This document shows positions 8,810-17,916 of a stretch of DNA of 28,302 nt, one piece after another. The stretch spans positions 1-28,302 of the forward strand of contig CALKEP010000023.1 of the NCBI GenBank assembly GCA_938084645.1, written 5' to 3'. The notes beneath the pieces were generated by a model. That model saw nothing but the letters and a program-made list of their open reading frames with translations. It ran no database searches and had not been told where the DNA came from. The DNA is from an uncultured Phycisphaerales bacterium. Its GTDB lineage: Bacteria; Planctomycetota; Phycisphaerae; Phycisphaerales; SM1A02. The translations under genes and the position numbers were made by a program. Every line of letters starts with the position of its first letter. Positions within the stretch are counted from its first letter, which is position 1.

Positions 8810-9277
8810 TCAGTCGTTCGTCGTCACGTTCGCCGGGTCGGATGCGGCGACCGTTCGGACCCACTGTCCACGCGAGACGCGCTCGAAGTCGGGGAATCTC
8901 GCGAGGGTGCTCGAGACCTGGACCTGGAGCGACTTCGTTCCTTGATGAAGTCCACGATCCACCAACGCCTCGGCGATCTCCACCGGCCGCATCGGATCCG
9001 TGTCGAGAACGTCGAGGATCTTCGCTCGCATCGTCACGCGCTTCGATTTGCCGCCGTTGGTTCGGGGCGTGCGAATCGATCGGAAGCCGGGGTTCGAGGT
9101 GGCATTGGCACCAAGCCGTTCCAGCGCCGCGATCTGGAGGTTGATCGCCTCGAGATCAGCCTGCAAGCGATCTCGACGTGCAATGAGCTTCGGAAGCGCT
9201 GCCCGGCGGCGTTCGAGCTCGGCGGCGAGTTCGTCCAAGGGGGCCTGGGCAAGTGGGTGATTCGTGTTGGCGGACAT
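8810..9277 (-). CDS. Hypothetical DNA-binding protein: N-terminal coiled coil, basic linker, C-terminal winged helix
   Basis: 155 aa. Heptad pattern LDELAAELERRRAALPKLIARRDRLQADLEAINLQIAALE; linker RSIRTPRTNGGKSKR; TMRAKILDVL..PMRPVEIAEALVDRG..LQVQVSSTLAR..FERVSRGQW. Purine-rich AGAGAG upstream. Confidence 0.75.
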   Translation of the reverse strand: MSANTNHPLAQAPLDELAAELERRRAALPKLIARRDRLQADLEAINLQIAALERLGANATSNPGFRSIRTPRTNGGKSKRVTMRAKILDVLDTDPMRPVEIAEALVDRGLHQGTKSLQVQVSSTLARFPDFERVSRGQWVRTVAASDPANVTTND

Positions 9278-9569
9278 CGAGTTACTCTCTCGTGTTACTT
9301 GGTCGGGTGCGATCAAACGATGACTCTATAGGATTCGGACGAGTCGGTCCATGGTTGCAAATGATACTAAGAACTGGTCTTTAAATCGCGTTTATTGGAT
9401 GTTCAGGCCGGCAGCGTGCTCAAAAACAGTTTGCACCCCAGCTCTTGTCGGAGCGAGGCCATCTATTGTCGGAGCGTGGCGGAATTAAGGTTGTGGCCTG
9501 GCGATGTTAGAAAATGCGGTTTGCGGCGACTCTTCGAACGATCGTTCGGTTATCACTCGTCGGTGAGGC

Positions 9570-10217
9570 TCATCGCCCGGACCCGTACGAGAAGATCGCC
9601 ACAGGACGGAATCCGAACTCGGCACTCCATTCGACCTTTGAGAATGATGCCGGCCAGCGTCGGGCGAAGGTCAGATTCGGTGGCGTGCCCGGCACGTTCC
9701 CTCGGGGTTTCGAGTTCAGGGACCGAACGGTCGACTGCATGCTTCGCTCGTCGGCCGCGATCACGACTTCGGCGGTGACGGTACCGATGAGGAACGCGAG
9801 TGCGAATGCGATGCAGAACCGCTTCACGGCTCGCCAACCCACCGCGTAGGAGGGAGGCAGCCTGTCGACCTCGGCACCGCATTCACCGCAACGTTCGACG
9901 CCGGCGGCGCGAACCGGATGGCCGCAGGCGGGACAACGTCCATCCCGGACGAGGCGGTGCGGCCGACGATGGAGAAACCACATTTCGGGCAGTTCGGCGA
10001 TGAAGACGAGCCAGACGATCCCGAGCCCCATGGCGACGGTGCCGAAGGTGGCGGTGGCGATCGCGGCCGCATCGATTCCGAAGGATGGGGCAAGTCCTCG
10101 CATCAGCGCATGCGCGATGTGAAAGTAGAAACCCATGAATCCGATCGCGAGCAACCACCCGAGCAGGGACGCCCAGGCCGGGACGCGAAAGCGGGTGTCG
10201 ATCGAGCCTTCCGTCAT
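9570..10217 (-). CDS. Hypothetical membrane protein with zinc-ribbon motif
   Basis: MTEGSIDTRF...; three hydrophobic segments and CPACG-x10-CGECG. The ATG overlaps the UbiD stop (ATGA at 10217-10214). Confidence 0.75.
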   Translation of the reverse strand: MTEGSIDTRFRVPAWASLLGWLLAIGFMGFYFHIAHALMRGLAPSFGIDAAAIATATFGTVAMGLGIVWLVFIAELPEMWFLHRRPHRLVRDGRCPACGHPVRAAGVERCGECGAEVDRLPPSYAVGWRAVKRFCIAFALAFLIGTVTAEVVIAADERSMQSTVRSLNSKPRGNVPGTPPNLTFARRWPASFSKVEWSAEFGFRPVAIFSYGSGR

Positions 10218-12262
10218 CGATCCTGCGGCGCGAACCGAGACGGCGCCGGGTCTCCCTTGAATCCGTAGTCGGACCACCGTGCGTCGACACGATCGACGAT
10301 TTCCCGGGACATGCTCACGAGCGGCGGGTAGTCGCGGACCGGGACGCCACCCCGGTCGTCTCGACCAGGCGTCTTTCGACGCGCGTCGAAGCCGATTCTC
10401 GGCCCGCGTTGGATCCGGTCGCGGGCGGGGTCGGCATTGGCGAGCCACCGGAAGAACGTGCCCTCGAGATCGTCGAGTCGGACGTCCTCGTCGACGGCGA
10501 TCACGAATTCGCCGGCGGGGCTCTCGGGGCCGATCCGATCCCAGAAGGACTCGATGGCGTGGATTCCCGCATGCGCGGTGTCGGCGCCGGCGTGCACGAT
10601 CGCGAGTCGACCGAGGCCGGGGCTCGGGAGTCCGGCGCCTGCCGCGATCGCCGCCTGGCGTTGGGCCTCGTCGGGCAGACGGGGCGGCGTCAGGTCGACG
10701 TCGCCGGTCTCTTCGCCCCGCATCCGCTCGGTCGCGTCGAAACCGATCTTGGTACCCGCCGCGATCGAAGGCGTCGAGTGATCGAGGATGTCGAGCGGGC
10801 CGCGGACGAATTCGACGTCGCGACGGAAATCGCACCGTCGCATCAGCGTCTTGACCACGGCTTCCTCGTCGTGGACCGGGACGTCGCCGTCGACGACCAC
10901 GATGGACTTCGTCCAGGCCATCTGGCCCGCGCCCCAGATCGAGTGCATCACCCGTCGCCCCTGGAGGGGATACGCCTTGTCGATTCGAACGAAGGCGCTG
11001 TTGTGGAAGCAGCCGAATCGTGGAAGGTGGTAGTCGTCGATGTCGTGGACGATCGTCTTCAGCAGGGGAAGGAACATCCGCTCCGTGGCCTTGCCCAGGT
11101 AGTAGTCCTCCTGCGGTGGCAGGCCGACCACGGTCGTCGGATAGACGGCATCGCGACGATGGGTGATCGCGGTGACCTCGACGATCGGATAGCGGTCAGG
11201 CAGCGAATAGAAGCCGGTGTGATCTCCGAAGGGGCCCTCGAAGACCGCGCCGGGCCCGAGGTCGCCGTCGGTCCGGGGGTCGTAGCCGATCATGCCCGCG
11301 TCGGTTCGCACGAATCCCTCGATCACGATCTCGGCGTTCGCGGGAACCCGGAGGGGTACCGTCTTCGCCTTGACCATCGGGATGCCCCGGCCATTCAGGA
11401 AACCGGCCATGAGGAGTTCACTGATCCCGGGCGGCAGCGGGGCAGTCGCCGCGTAGGGGAGGCACGGCTCGCCACCGAGCACGATCGCGATCGGCATCGG
11501 CCTGCCGAGTCGTTTCCAACTGCGCCAGTGCGACGCGCCGTCATGGTGCATGTGCCAGTGCATCGCGAGCGTGGTGGGCCCGAGGAGCTGGGACCGGTAC
11601 ATGCCGATGTTGTGACTCGCCGGCTTCGCCTCGTCGCGGTCGTCCGCATGGATCGTGTGCATGCCGGCGAGCGTGATGTACCGCCCGCCCCCGCCGGCGG
11701 TGCCGGCCTCCTCCGCGGTCATTCCGCAGTCCACGGCGGCGGGATCGCCATCGAGCGGCCAGCACTTCAGGATGGGGAGCCTTCGGAGGTCGACTTCATC
11801 CCGGTCGGTTCGCTTCACCACCTCTTGGCACCGGCCGGTGCGGACCGTCTTCGGTGGGATTCTGAGGAGTGGGGCGAACTCCCGGATCTTGGCGATGATC
11901 TCCCCGAACGATCGCGGGGGCTGTGGCTTGGCGAGCGAGCCGATCCTCGCCGCGATCGCCTCGAGACCGCCGTGACTGCCGGCGCATTCGAGGGCCGACT
12001 CCATCCGGTGATAGGAACCGTAGAGATTGATGGCGAGGGGAAAGTCGCAGCCCTCGACGTTCTCGAAGAGCAGTGCGGGGCCACCGAGCCGACCGCGGCC
12101 CGGATCGAAGGACTCGGCATTCGCGCTGGGACTCGGACAGGCGGACAGCGCGAGTCGGTCCGCGATCTCCGTGACTTCCAGGATCGGGCTCACGGATGCG
12201 GTGATGCGGTGAAGCTCGCCGGAGGCGTCAAGGGCCGAGATGAAGGTCTGCAGGTCCGGCAT
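10214..12262 (-). CDS. ubiD: UbiD family prFMN-dependent decarboxylase, menaquinone (futalosine pathway, MqnL-like) type
   Basis: GPALLFENV, NIGMYR, MHWHMHHDG, EIVIEG, EGPFGDHTGFY, PPQEDYYLGKATERMFLPLLK, GPLDILDHS; duplicated C-terminal IGFDA..K/R domain. Confidence 0.9.
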   Translation of the reverse strand: MPDLQTFISALDASGELHRITASVSPILEVTEIADRLALSACPSPSANAESFDPGRGRLGGPALLFENVEGCDFPLAINLYGSYHRMESALECAGSHGGLEAIAARIGSLAKPQPPRSFGEIIAKIREFAPLLRIPPKTVRTGRCQEVVKRTDRDEVDLRRLPILKCWPLDGDPAAVDCGMTAEEAGTAGGGGRYITLAGMHTIHADDRDEAKPASHNIGMYRSQLLGPTTLAMHWHMHHDGASHWRSWKRLGRPMPIAIVLGGEPCLPYAATAPLPPGISELLMAGFLNGRGIPMVKAKTVPLRVPANAEIVIEGFVRTDAGMIGYDPRTDGDLGPGAVFEGPFGDHTGFYSLPDRYPIVEVTAITHRRDAVYPTTVVGLPPQEDYYLGKATERMFLPLLKTIVHDIDDYHLPRFGCFHNSAFVRIDKAYPLQGRRVMHSIWGAGQMAWTKSIVVVDGDVPVHDEEAVVKTLMRRCDFRRDVEFVRGPLDILDHSTPSIAAGTKIGFDATERMRGEETGDVDLTPPRLPDEAQRQAAIAAGAGLPSPGLGRLAIVHAGADTAHAGIHAIESFWDRIGPESPAGEFVIAVDEDVRLDDLEGTFFRWLANADPARDRIQRGPRIGFDARRKTPGRDDRGGVPVRDYPPLVSMSREIVDRVDARWSDYGFKGDPAPSRFAPQDR

Positions 12263-12541
12263 GGGAGGTCAGCGTAGCGGTTCGCCCTGCGGTCGATCGT
12301 GGATGCGGGACGGAGGCCATCGAAGGACGTTCCTCCGGAACGCCCCGGGCGTCGATCACTTGATCCGCGGTGTCCGGTGGCGTGATCGATCGAGTTCTCA
12401 TCGGTTCGTGGGGCGGCCGTGCGTCCGCCTTCCTGAGAGGGTTCACGTAGGATTGAGGAACCCAGCGAGGAGGGTCGCGTCACCCGAACGTCCGGATCCT
12501 GAGATTCCGATCCTGAAACATCATCCCGTCGCTTCCGAAGC

Positions 12542-13597
12542 ATGAGAGTGAATCCGATGCCCTCCCCAACGTCGCCCCGAGCCGAAGCCCCACCACCGAA
12601 ACCTCCCGGATCCGAGGAGTTGGCGATCGACCTGCACGACGTTCGCAAGCGCTATCGCGGCAGGATCGACGCCCTGCGCGGGATTCGCATGCAGGCACGT
12701 CGCGGAGAGATCTTCGGCCTTCTCGGACCCAACGGAGCCGGCAAGAGCACGCTGGTGAAGATCATGCTCACCGTGGTCCGCGCGACGGAAGCCCGGGGCA
12801 CGATCCTCGGCCGGCCCATCGGGACCCAGTCCGTGCTTCGACGAGTCGGATACCTGCCCGAGAAGCATCGATTTCCGGTCTATCAGACGGGGCGACAGGC
12901 GATCGAGTTCGCGGGTGCGATGTGCGGCGTCGACGCTGCGACGTGCCGTCGCCGTGCTGATGAACTGCTCGACTTGGTGGGGATGTCCGACTGGGGGAGC
13001 AAGCGGGTCTCCACCTATTCGAAGGGCATGCTCCAGCGGGTGGGCATCGCCGCGGCGATGGTCAACGATCCGGATCTCGTGGTGCTCGACGAGCCGACCG
13101 ACGGCGTCGATCCGGTCGGCCGGAAGGACATTCGGGACGTGCTCGTGAGGATCCGTGATCGCGGCACCTGCGTCTTCCTGAACAGTCACCTCCTCAGCGA
13201 GCTCGAGATGGTCTGCGACCGCGTCGCGATTCTCGTGCAGGGTGAAGTCGCGGCCCAGGGGACGATCGAGGAACTGACTTCGGACAGCCGTCGATACGAG
13301 ATCGAGATCGGCGGACCACCGCCGGCGTGGGCCGAGGGGGCCGGGCTGCGGGTGTCCGACGTCTCCGACGCGGACAACGGCGCGACGAATCTGGTGCTTC
13401 CCTCGGCGGAGGCGGACGCGGTGCAACCGGTGCTCGATCGACTCCGCGCCGACGGGCGGATCATCAGGGTTCTTCGGCCCGTGCGTGAATCCCTCGAGGA
13501 TCTCTTCATGCGCTACGTGCAGGACCCCGAGACCGGGAAGGCGAAGACGCCGGGTGCGATTCGAAGTGGTCAAGCGTCGAAGGGAGGTGACGGATGA
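12542..13597 (+). CDS. ABC transporter ATP-binding protein (ABC-2 exporter type)
   Basis: Walker A GPNGAGKS, signature YSKGM, Walker B LVVLDEP, H-loop NSHLL, C-terminal SLEDLF; the start may be the second ATG (12557). Confidence 0.93.
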   Translation: MRVNPMPSPTSPRAEAPPPKPPGSEELAIDLHDVRKRYRGRIDALRGIRMQARRGEIFGLLGPNGAGKSTLVKIMLTVVRATEARGTILGRPIGTQSVLRRVGYLPEKHRFPVYQTGRQAIEFAGAMCGVDAATCRRRADELLDLVGMSDWGSKRVSTYSKGMLQRVGIAAAMVNDPDLVVLDEPTDGVDPVGRKDIRDVLVRIRDRGTCVFLNSHLLSELEMVCDRVAILVQGEVAAQGTIEELTSDSRRYEIEIGGPPPAWAEGAGLRVSDVSDADNGATNLVLPSAEADAVQPVLDRLRADGRIIRVLRPVRESLEDLFMRYVQDPETGKAKTPGAIRSGQASKGGDG

Positions 13598-14760
13598 GAC
13601 AGACCGTCGCCCTGTTCGTCGACGCCTATCGCGAACTGAACCATCGCCGCCTCTTCTGGATCACCATCGTGCTCAGCGGGCTCGTGGTCGCGGCGTTCGC
13701 CGCGATCGGAAACGACGAGGAGGGATTGACGATCCTTCACTGGTCGATTCCGTTCCCGTTCGTCTCCACCAACTTCATCCCCCGCGCGGATTTCTACAAG
13801 TTCACGTTCGCCCAGCTCGGCGTCGGGTACTGGCTCGCGTGGATCGCGACGATCATCGGTCTCGTCTCGACCGCGAGCATCTTCCCCGACTTCGTCGATC
13901 GCGGTTCGATCGATCTCATGCTCTCGAAGCCCATCGGGCGGGCTCGACTCTTCTTCACGAAGTTCCTCACCGGGCTCATGTTCGCGGGTCTCCAGGTGAC
14001 GGTGTTCACGCTGGCCTCGTTCCTCGTGATCGGACTTCGCGGGGGTGACTGGGAACCCTGGATCTTCATCGCCGTGCCGCTGGTGCTGGTCTTCTATTCC
14101 TATCTCTTCGCGGTGCAGGCGGCGATCGGACTCGTCACCGGTTCGGTCATCGCCTCGGTGATCGGGGTGTTCCTGTTCTGGTTCGTGGTCTCGCTGGTGC
14201 AGACCGGCGACGCCGTCACGCTCGCCTGGCGGATCACCAACGAGATCACCTCCGACCGGAAGGTGTCCAGAGTCGAGCGGCAGGAATCGAGAATCGCGGA
14301 ACTCTCCACCCGACTGGTCGATGTTCGACTCGCGGCGGACGGCGGGGACGCGGATGCCGCCGGGCAGCTGCCGGAACTGGAGCTCGAACTGGTCGACAGG
14401 GAGGAGCGGCTCGAGACGAGCACGTTCGAACTCGCGGAGGAGTTGGAGACGCTCGAGCAGAGCCGCTCGATCAACGGCTGGTTCCATCTCGCCAACACCT
14501 GCCTGCCGAAGACGAGCGAGACCATCGACCTGCTGGAGCGGCTGCTGGAGGACCACGCGGGCCTCATGCGTCCGGTGCCCCCTTCGGACGACACGGTCCG
14601 GCAGTTCGGGGAGTTGGTCGGTCGGGGCGAGTTTCAGGAGCGGTTCGATGCCGAGCTCGACGCTTCCCATGGGCCGTTCTGGATTCTCGGCACGAGCCTC
14701 GGCTTCGAGGCGCTGGTGCTCGGTTTCGCGGTCTGGCGATTCCGGCGCCGTGATTTCTGA
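13594..14760 (+). CDS. ABC-2 type transporter permease
   Basis: About six TM segments, GSIDLMLSKPIGRARLFFTKF motif, terminal FRRRDF; ATGA overlap with the ATPase gene. Confidence 0.88.
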   Translation: MRQTVALFVDAYRELNHRRLFWITIVLSGLVVAAFAAIGNDEEGLTILHWSIPFPFVSTNFIPRADFYKFTFAQLGVGYWLAWIATIIGLVSTASIFPDFVDRGSIDLMLSKPIGRARLFFTKFLTGLMFAGLQVTVFTLASFLVIGLRGGDWEPWIFIAVPLVLVFYSYLFAVQAAIGLVTGSVIASVIGVFLFWFVVSLVQTGDAVTLAWRITNEITSDRKVSRVERQESRIAELSTRLVDVRLAADGGDADAAGQLPELELELVDREERLETSTFELAEELETLEQSRSINGWFHLANTCLPKTSETIDLLERLLEDHAGLMRPVPPSDDTVRQFGELVGRGEFQERFDAELDASHGPFWILGTSLGFEALVLGFAVWRFRRRDF

Positions 14761-14781
14761 TTCCCGGCATCGTCGCCGGAC

Positions 14782-15606
14782 TCAGGCGTCGCGGTCGAGT
14801 TCACGCCCGCGTCGGGTGGCGGCGGCGATCGACTGCCGCACCGCGTGATCGAAGCCGTGGTCGTCCATCGCGGCCTGACCGGCGGCGGTGGTGCCGCCCT
14901 TGCTGGTCACCGCCTTTCGAAGCGCGCCGGCGTCCTGATCCGATCGATCGAGAAGATGGGCGGCGCCGAGGAGCGTGCCGTGCACGAGCGTCGTCGCGGT
15001 CTCCCGTGGAATGCCGTGTTCCACCGCGGCATCGATCCAGGCCTCGACGAGGCGGAAGACCCACGCGGGCCCGGAGCCGCTGGTCGCGGTGACCGCGAAC
15101 ATCAGGTCTTCCTCGACGTCGACGACGGTGCCGACCGACTCGAACAGCGACCTCGCGAACGCCCGGTCGGCGGCGGGCACGTCGCTGGTGGTGGAGATCG
15201 CGGTCACGCCATGGCCGATCGACGCCGGGGTGTTGGGCATCGCGCGGATCACCCGGGTGCCCGGACCCAGGGCGTCCGCGATCCGATCGCTGTGCAGGCC
15301 GGCCATCACGCTGATCACGGTCCGCTGGCCCTGCTGGGCGGCGAGTTGCGGGGCGATCTCCGGGAAGACCTGCGGCTTGACCGCCAGCAGGATGCACGGA
15401 ACGCCCTCAAGGTCGTCGATCGACCCGATCCGGCACCCGCGATCACGGAAGGCGTCGAGGTGGTCGGAGGCGGGATCGACGACGAGGACGGTGGAGGGAT
15501 CGACGACACCACCCCCGAGGGCTCCATCGAGGATCGCCGAACCCATGTTCCCCAAGCCGAGGATCGCCAACCGGATGTCGGCGTTCGAGTCGTTCCTGGT
15601 GGTCAT
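14782..15606 (-). CDS. proC: Pyrroline-5-carboxylate reductase
   Basis: GLGNMG, LAVKPQ, ISVMAG, RAMPNTP, TATSGSGPA, VTSKGGTT. Confidence 0.96.
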   Translation of the reverse strand: MTTRNDSNADIRLAILGLGNMGSAILDGALGGGVVDPSTVLVVDPASDHLDAFRDRGCRIGSIDDLEGVPCILLAVKPQVFPEIAPQLAAQQGQRTVISVMAGLHSDRIADALGPGTRVIRAMPNTPASIGHGVTAISTTSDVPAADRAFARSLFESVGTVVDVEEDLMFAVTATSGSGPAWVFRLVEAWIDAAVEHGIPRETATTLVHGTLLGAAHLLDRSDQDAGALRKAVTSKGGTTAAGQAAMDDHGFDHAVRQSIAAATRRGRELDRDA

Positions 15607-15668
15607 GTCCGGAGTCTCGCAGGTCCGGCGTTGTTTCGCGACAGGGTGACTTCGTATACTCGTCCTCC

Positions 15669-16670
15669 ATGCCGACCGCAGGTTACAGCCCCAACTACGA
15701 ACTCGATTTCGAGTCCTCCGTCCTGGAGATCGATCGCCAGATCGATGCCCTCGAGGCGAAGCCGGACGCAGACCGCTTCGAACGGGAGATCTCCTCGCTT
15801 CGGGGGACCCGCGACGAGCTGCTTCGCAAGATCTACGGCGATCTCACGCCGTGGCAGACGGTCCGGGTGGCCCGACATCCCCTGCGTCCGCATTCCGACG
15901 ACTACATCCGTTTGATGTGCCGCGACTACTGCGAACTCCACGGCGATCGGCACTTCGGCGACGATCCGGCGATCACCTGTGGATTCGGCCGGATCGGCTC
16001 CCGCAAGGTGATGATCGTGGGGCATCGCAAGGGGCACGAGACCGCCGAGAAGATCAAGTGTCACTTCGGTTGTGCGCATCCCGAGGGGTACCGGAAGGCG
16101 CTCCTCAAGATGAAGCTTGCGGAGAAGTACCGGTTGCCGATCGTCACGCTGATCGATACCCCGGGAGCCTATCCGGGGGTCGGCAGCGAGCAGCGGGGGC
16201 AGGCCGAGGCCATCGCTCGAAACCTGCTCGAGATGAGCCGACTTCGCACGCCGGTGGTCTGCGTGGTCATCGGCGAAGGCGGGTCCGGCGGAGCACTCGG
16301 GATCGGGGTGGGGGATCGCGTCGCGATGTTGAGGCATTCGTGGTACTCGGTCATCAGTCCGGAGGGATGCGCGGCGATCCTGTGGAAGGAAGCGAACGAG
16401 GTCACCAACAACACGGCGGCTGAAGCGTTGAACCTCACGGCCGCGGACAATCTCAAGCATGGCCTCGTCGACGCGATCATCGAAGAGCCCGATGGCGGTG
16501 CCCATCGTGACCCGGACGCCGCGGCGAGCACCCTGCAGGCCTGGATCCTCGATCAACTCGCGGACCTGTCCCGGATCCAGCCCGACACGCTGGTCCGGCA
16601 GCGGTTCGAGAAGTTCCGAGCGATCGGCCCGGTGGTCTCGATGGAGATGCCTGATCCCGCCGATGCGTGA
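15669..16670 (+). CDS. accA: Acetyl-CoA carboxylase carboxyltransferase subunit alpha
   Basis: [70 protein letters not shown]. Confidence 0.97.
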   Translation: MPTAGYSPNYELDFESSVLEIDRQIDALEAKPDADRFEREISSLRGTRDELLRKIYGDLTPWQTVRVARHPLRPHSDDYIRLMCRDYCELHGDRHFGDDPAITCGFGRIGSRKVMIVGHRKGHETAEKIKCHFGCAHPEGYRKALLKMKLAEKYRLPIVTLIDTPGAYPGVGSEQRGQAEAIARNLLEMSRLRTPVVCVVIGEGGSGGALGIGVGDRVAMLRHSWYSVISPEGCAAILWKEANEVTNNTAAEALNLTAADNLKHGLVDAIIEEPDGGAHRDPDAAASTLQAWILDQLADLSRIQPDTLVRQRFEKFRAIGPVVSMEMPDPADA

Positions 16671-16750
16671 CGTTCGCGGCCAATCGCCATCAAATCACGA
16701 CAATTCGCTGCAGAATAGCCAAGTTGCCTGGCGAGATATCCGTCAGGTGC

Positions 16751-16779
16751 TTGCGATGTCGGGGTGAATTCGCTACCCT
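16751..16779 (+). promoter_or_regulatory. Sigma70-type promoter for the dksA-lspA unit
   Basis: TTGCGA (16751-16756), 17-nt spacer, TACCCT (16774-16779). Confidence 0.55.
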
Positions 16780-16800
16780 TCCGCGACTTCGAGTAGGTCA

Positions 16801-16828
16801 AACTTTGACGAAGATCTTCGTCAAAGTT
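16801..16828. repeat. Perfect 28-bp palindrome in the dksA leader
   Basis: AACTTTGACGAAGA|TCTTCGTCAAAGTT is its own reverse complement. Confidence 0.95.
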
Positions 16829-16858
16829 CCCTCGATCCTTTGTCGGGATGCTGCGAAC

Positions 16859-17875
16859 GTGGCCAAGAAGAAGACCTCGACCAAGAAGGCTCCAGCCAAG
16901 AAGACGGCGAAGAAGGCTCCAGCCAAGAAGGCTCCAGCCAAGAAGACGTCGAAGAAGGCTCCAGCCAAGAAGACGTCGAAGAAGGCTCCGGCCAAGAAGA
17001 CGTCGAAGAAGGCTCCGGCCAAGAAGACATCGAAGAAGGCTCCAGCCAAGAAGACATCGAAGAAGGCTCCGGCCAAGAAGACGTCGAAGAAGGCTCCGGC
17101 CAAGAAGACGGTGAAGAAGGCGGCGTCCAAGAAGGTCGTGGGCCGAAAGTCCGAAATCAAGAAGCCTGCGCCCGGGGCGAGCACGCGTTCGGTGACCAAG
17201 AAGAAGAAGACGGATCGCCGGGTCGCGCCGACCGTGGTCTCCGCTCGGAAGACCGCGAAGAAGGTCGATCCCTCGGCCAAGAAGACGCCGCGTCGGAAGA
17301 TCGACTTCGCGAATCCGCGTTCGGTGGCGGCGGCGGCGGCCAGCAGCGAGGTCGACAAGAACGGCTACGTGGTGATCAACGGACGTCGGGTCCGTGCGAT
17401 CTCCACCAAGGGAGCCGGGATCAAGAAGAAGAGTCGATCGAAGTCCGCTTCCGCGTCGCTCAAGGCGGAAGCCGAGGTCGACGTCTCGAAGATCAAGACG
17501 CATCTGGCCCGCAAGGAACTCACCGCCTACAAGGCGTTGCTTCTCGAGAAGCGTCGTCACATCGTGGGCATGGTCTCCGGTCTCGAGACCGAGGCGCTTC
17601 GGTCGTCGGGCGGGAACCTCTCGAACATGCCCATTCACATGGCAGATGTCGGCACCGACGTCTTCGAGCAGGACTTCACCCTGGGGATGGCGGCCACGGA
17701 GCGCGAGTTGATCGTCGAGATCGACGCGGCGCTCGAACGCATCGTGGCCCGGACCTACGGGGTCTGCCAGAAGACCGGCAAGCCGATCCCCAAGGCGCGT
17801 CTTCAGGCGAAGCCCTGGGCGAAGTACACGATCGAAGCGGCTCGGATGGCCGAGCGAAATCGAAACAGTGACTGA
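16859..17875 (+). CDS. dksA: DksA/TraR family transcription factor with histone-like Lys/Ala-rich N-terminal extension
   Basis: GTG start at 16859 (VAKKKTST...). C-terminal [57 protein letters not shown] is a DksA coiled coil plus globular domain; lies directly upstream of lspA. Confidence 0.85.
   Translation: MAKKKTSTKKAPAKKTAKKAPAKKAPAKKTSKKAPAKKTSKKAPAKKTSKKAPAKKTSKKAPAKKTSKKAPAKKTSKKAPAKKTVKKAASKKVVGRKSEIKKPAPGASTRSVTKKKKTDRRVAPTVVSARKTAKKVDPSAKKTPRRKIDFANPRSVAAAAASSEVDKNGYVVINGRRVRAISTKGAGIKKKSRSKSASASLKAEAEVDVSKIKTHLARKELTAYKALLLEKRRHIVGMVSGLETEALRSSGGNLSNMPIHMADVGTDVFEQDFTLGMAATERELIVEIDAALERIVARTYGVCQKTGKPIPKARLQAKPWAKYTIEAARMAERNRNSD
16883..17113 (+). repeat. Coding tandem repeat, 27-nt unit (KKAPAKKTS)
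   Basis: Unit AAGAAGGCTCC(A/G)GCCAAGAAGAC(G/A)TCG; nine KKAPA copies, six consecutive full KKAPAKKTS units and one truncated 15-nt unit. Confidence 0.95.
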
Positions 17876-17916
17876 CCGTCCCCGGGGCGTGGCGTGATGA
17901 TTCCGGCGAACGATTC

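Noticed and set aside
12495..12516. GATCCTGA direct repeat upstream of the ABC transporter
   Set aside because: Only 8 bp in two copies within GATC-rich DNA; could easily be chance.
16667..16858. 64-aa N-terminal extension of DksA given by the ORF track
   Set aside because: The region contains a promoter-like element and a palindrome; GTG 16859 gives a typical (M)AKKK start.
16883..17113. Tandem repeat as a possible CRISPR array
   Set aside because: Units are contiguous with no unique spacers, keep the reading frame, vary mainly at synonymous positions, and no cas genes are present.
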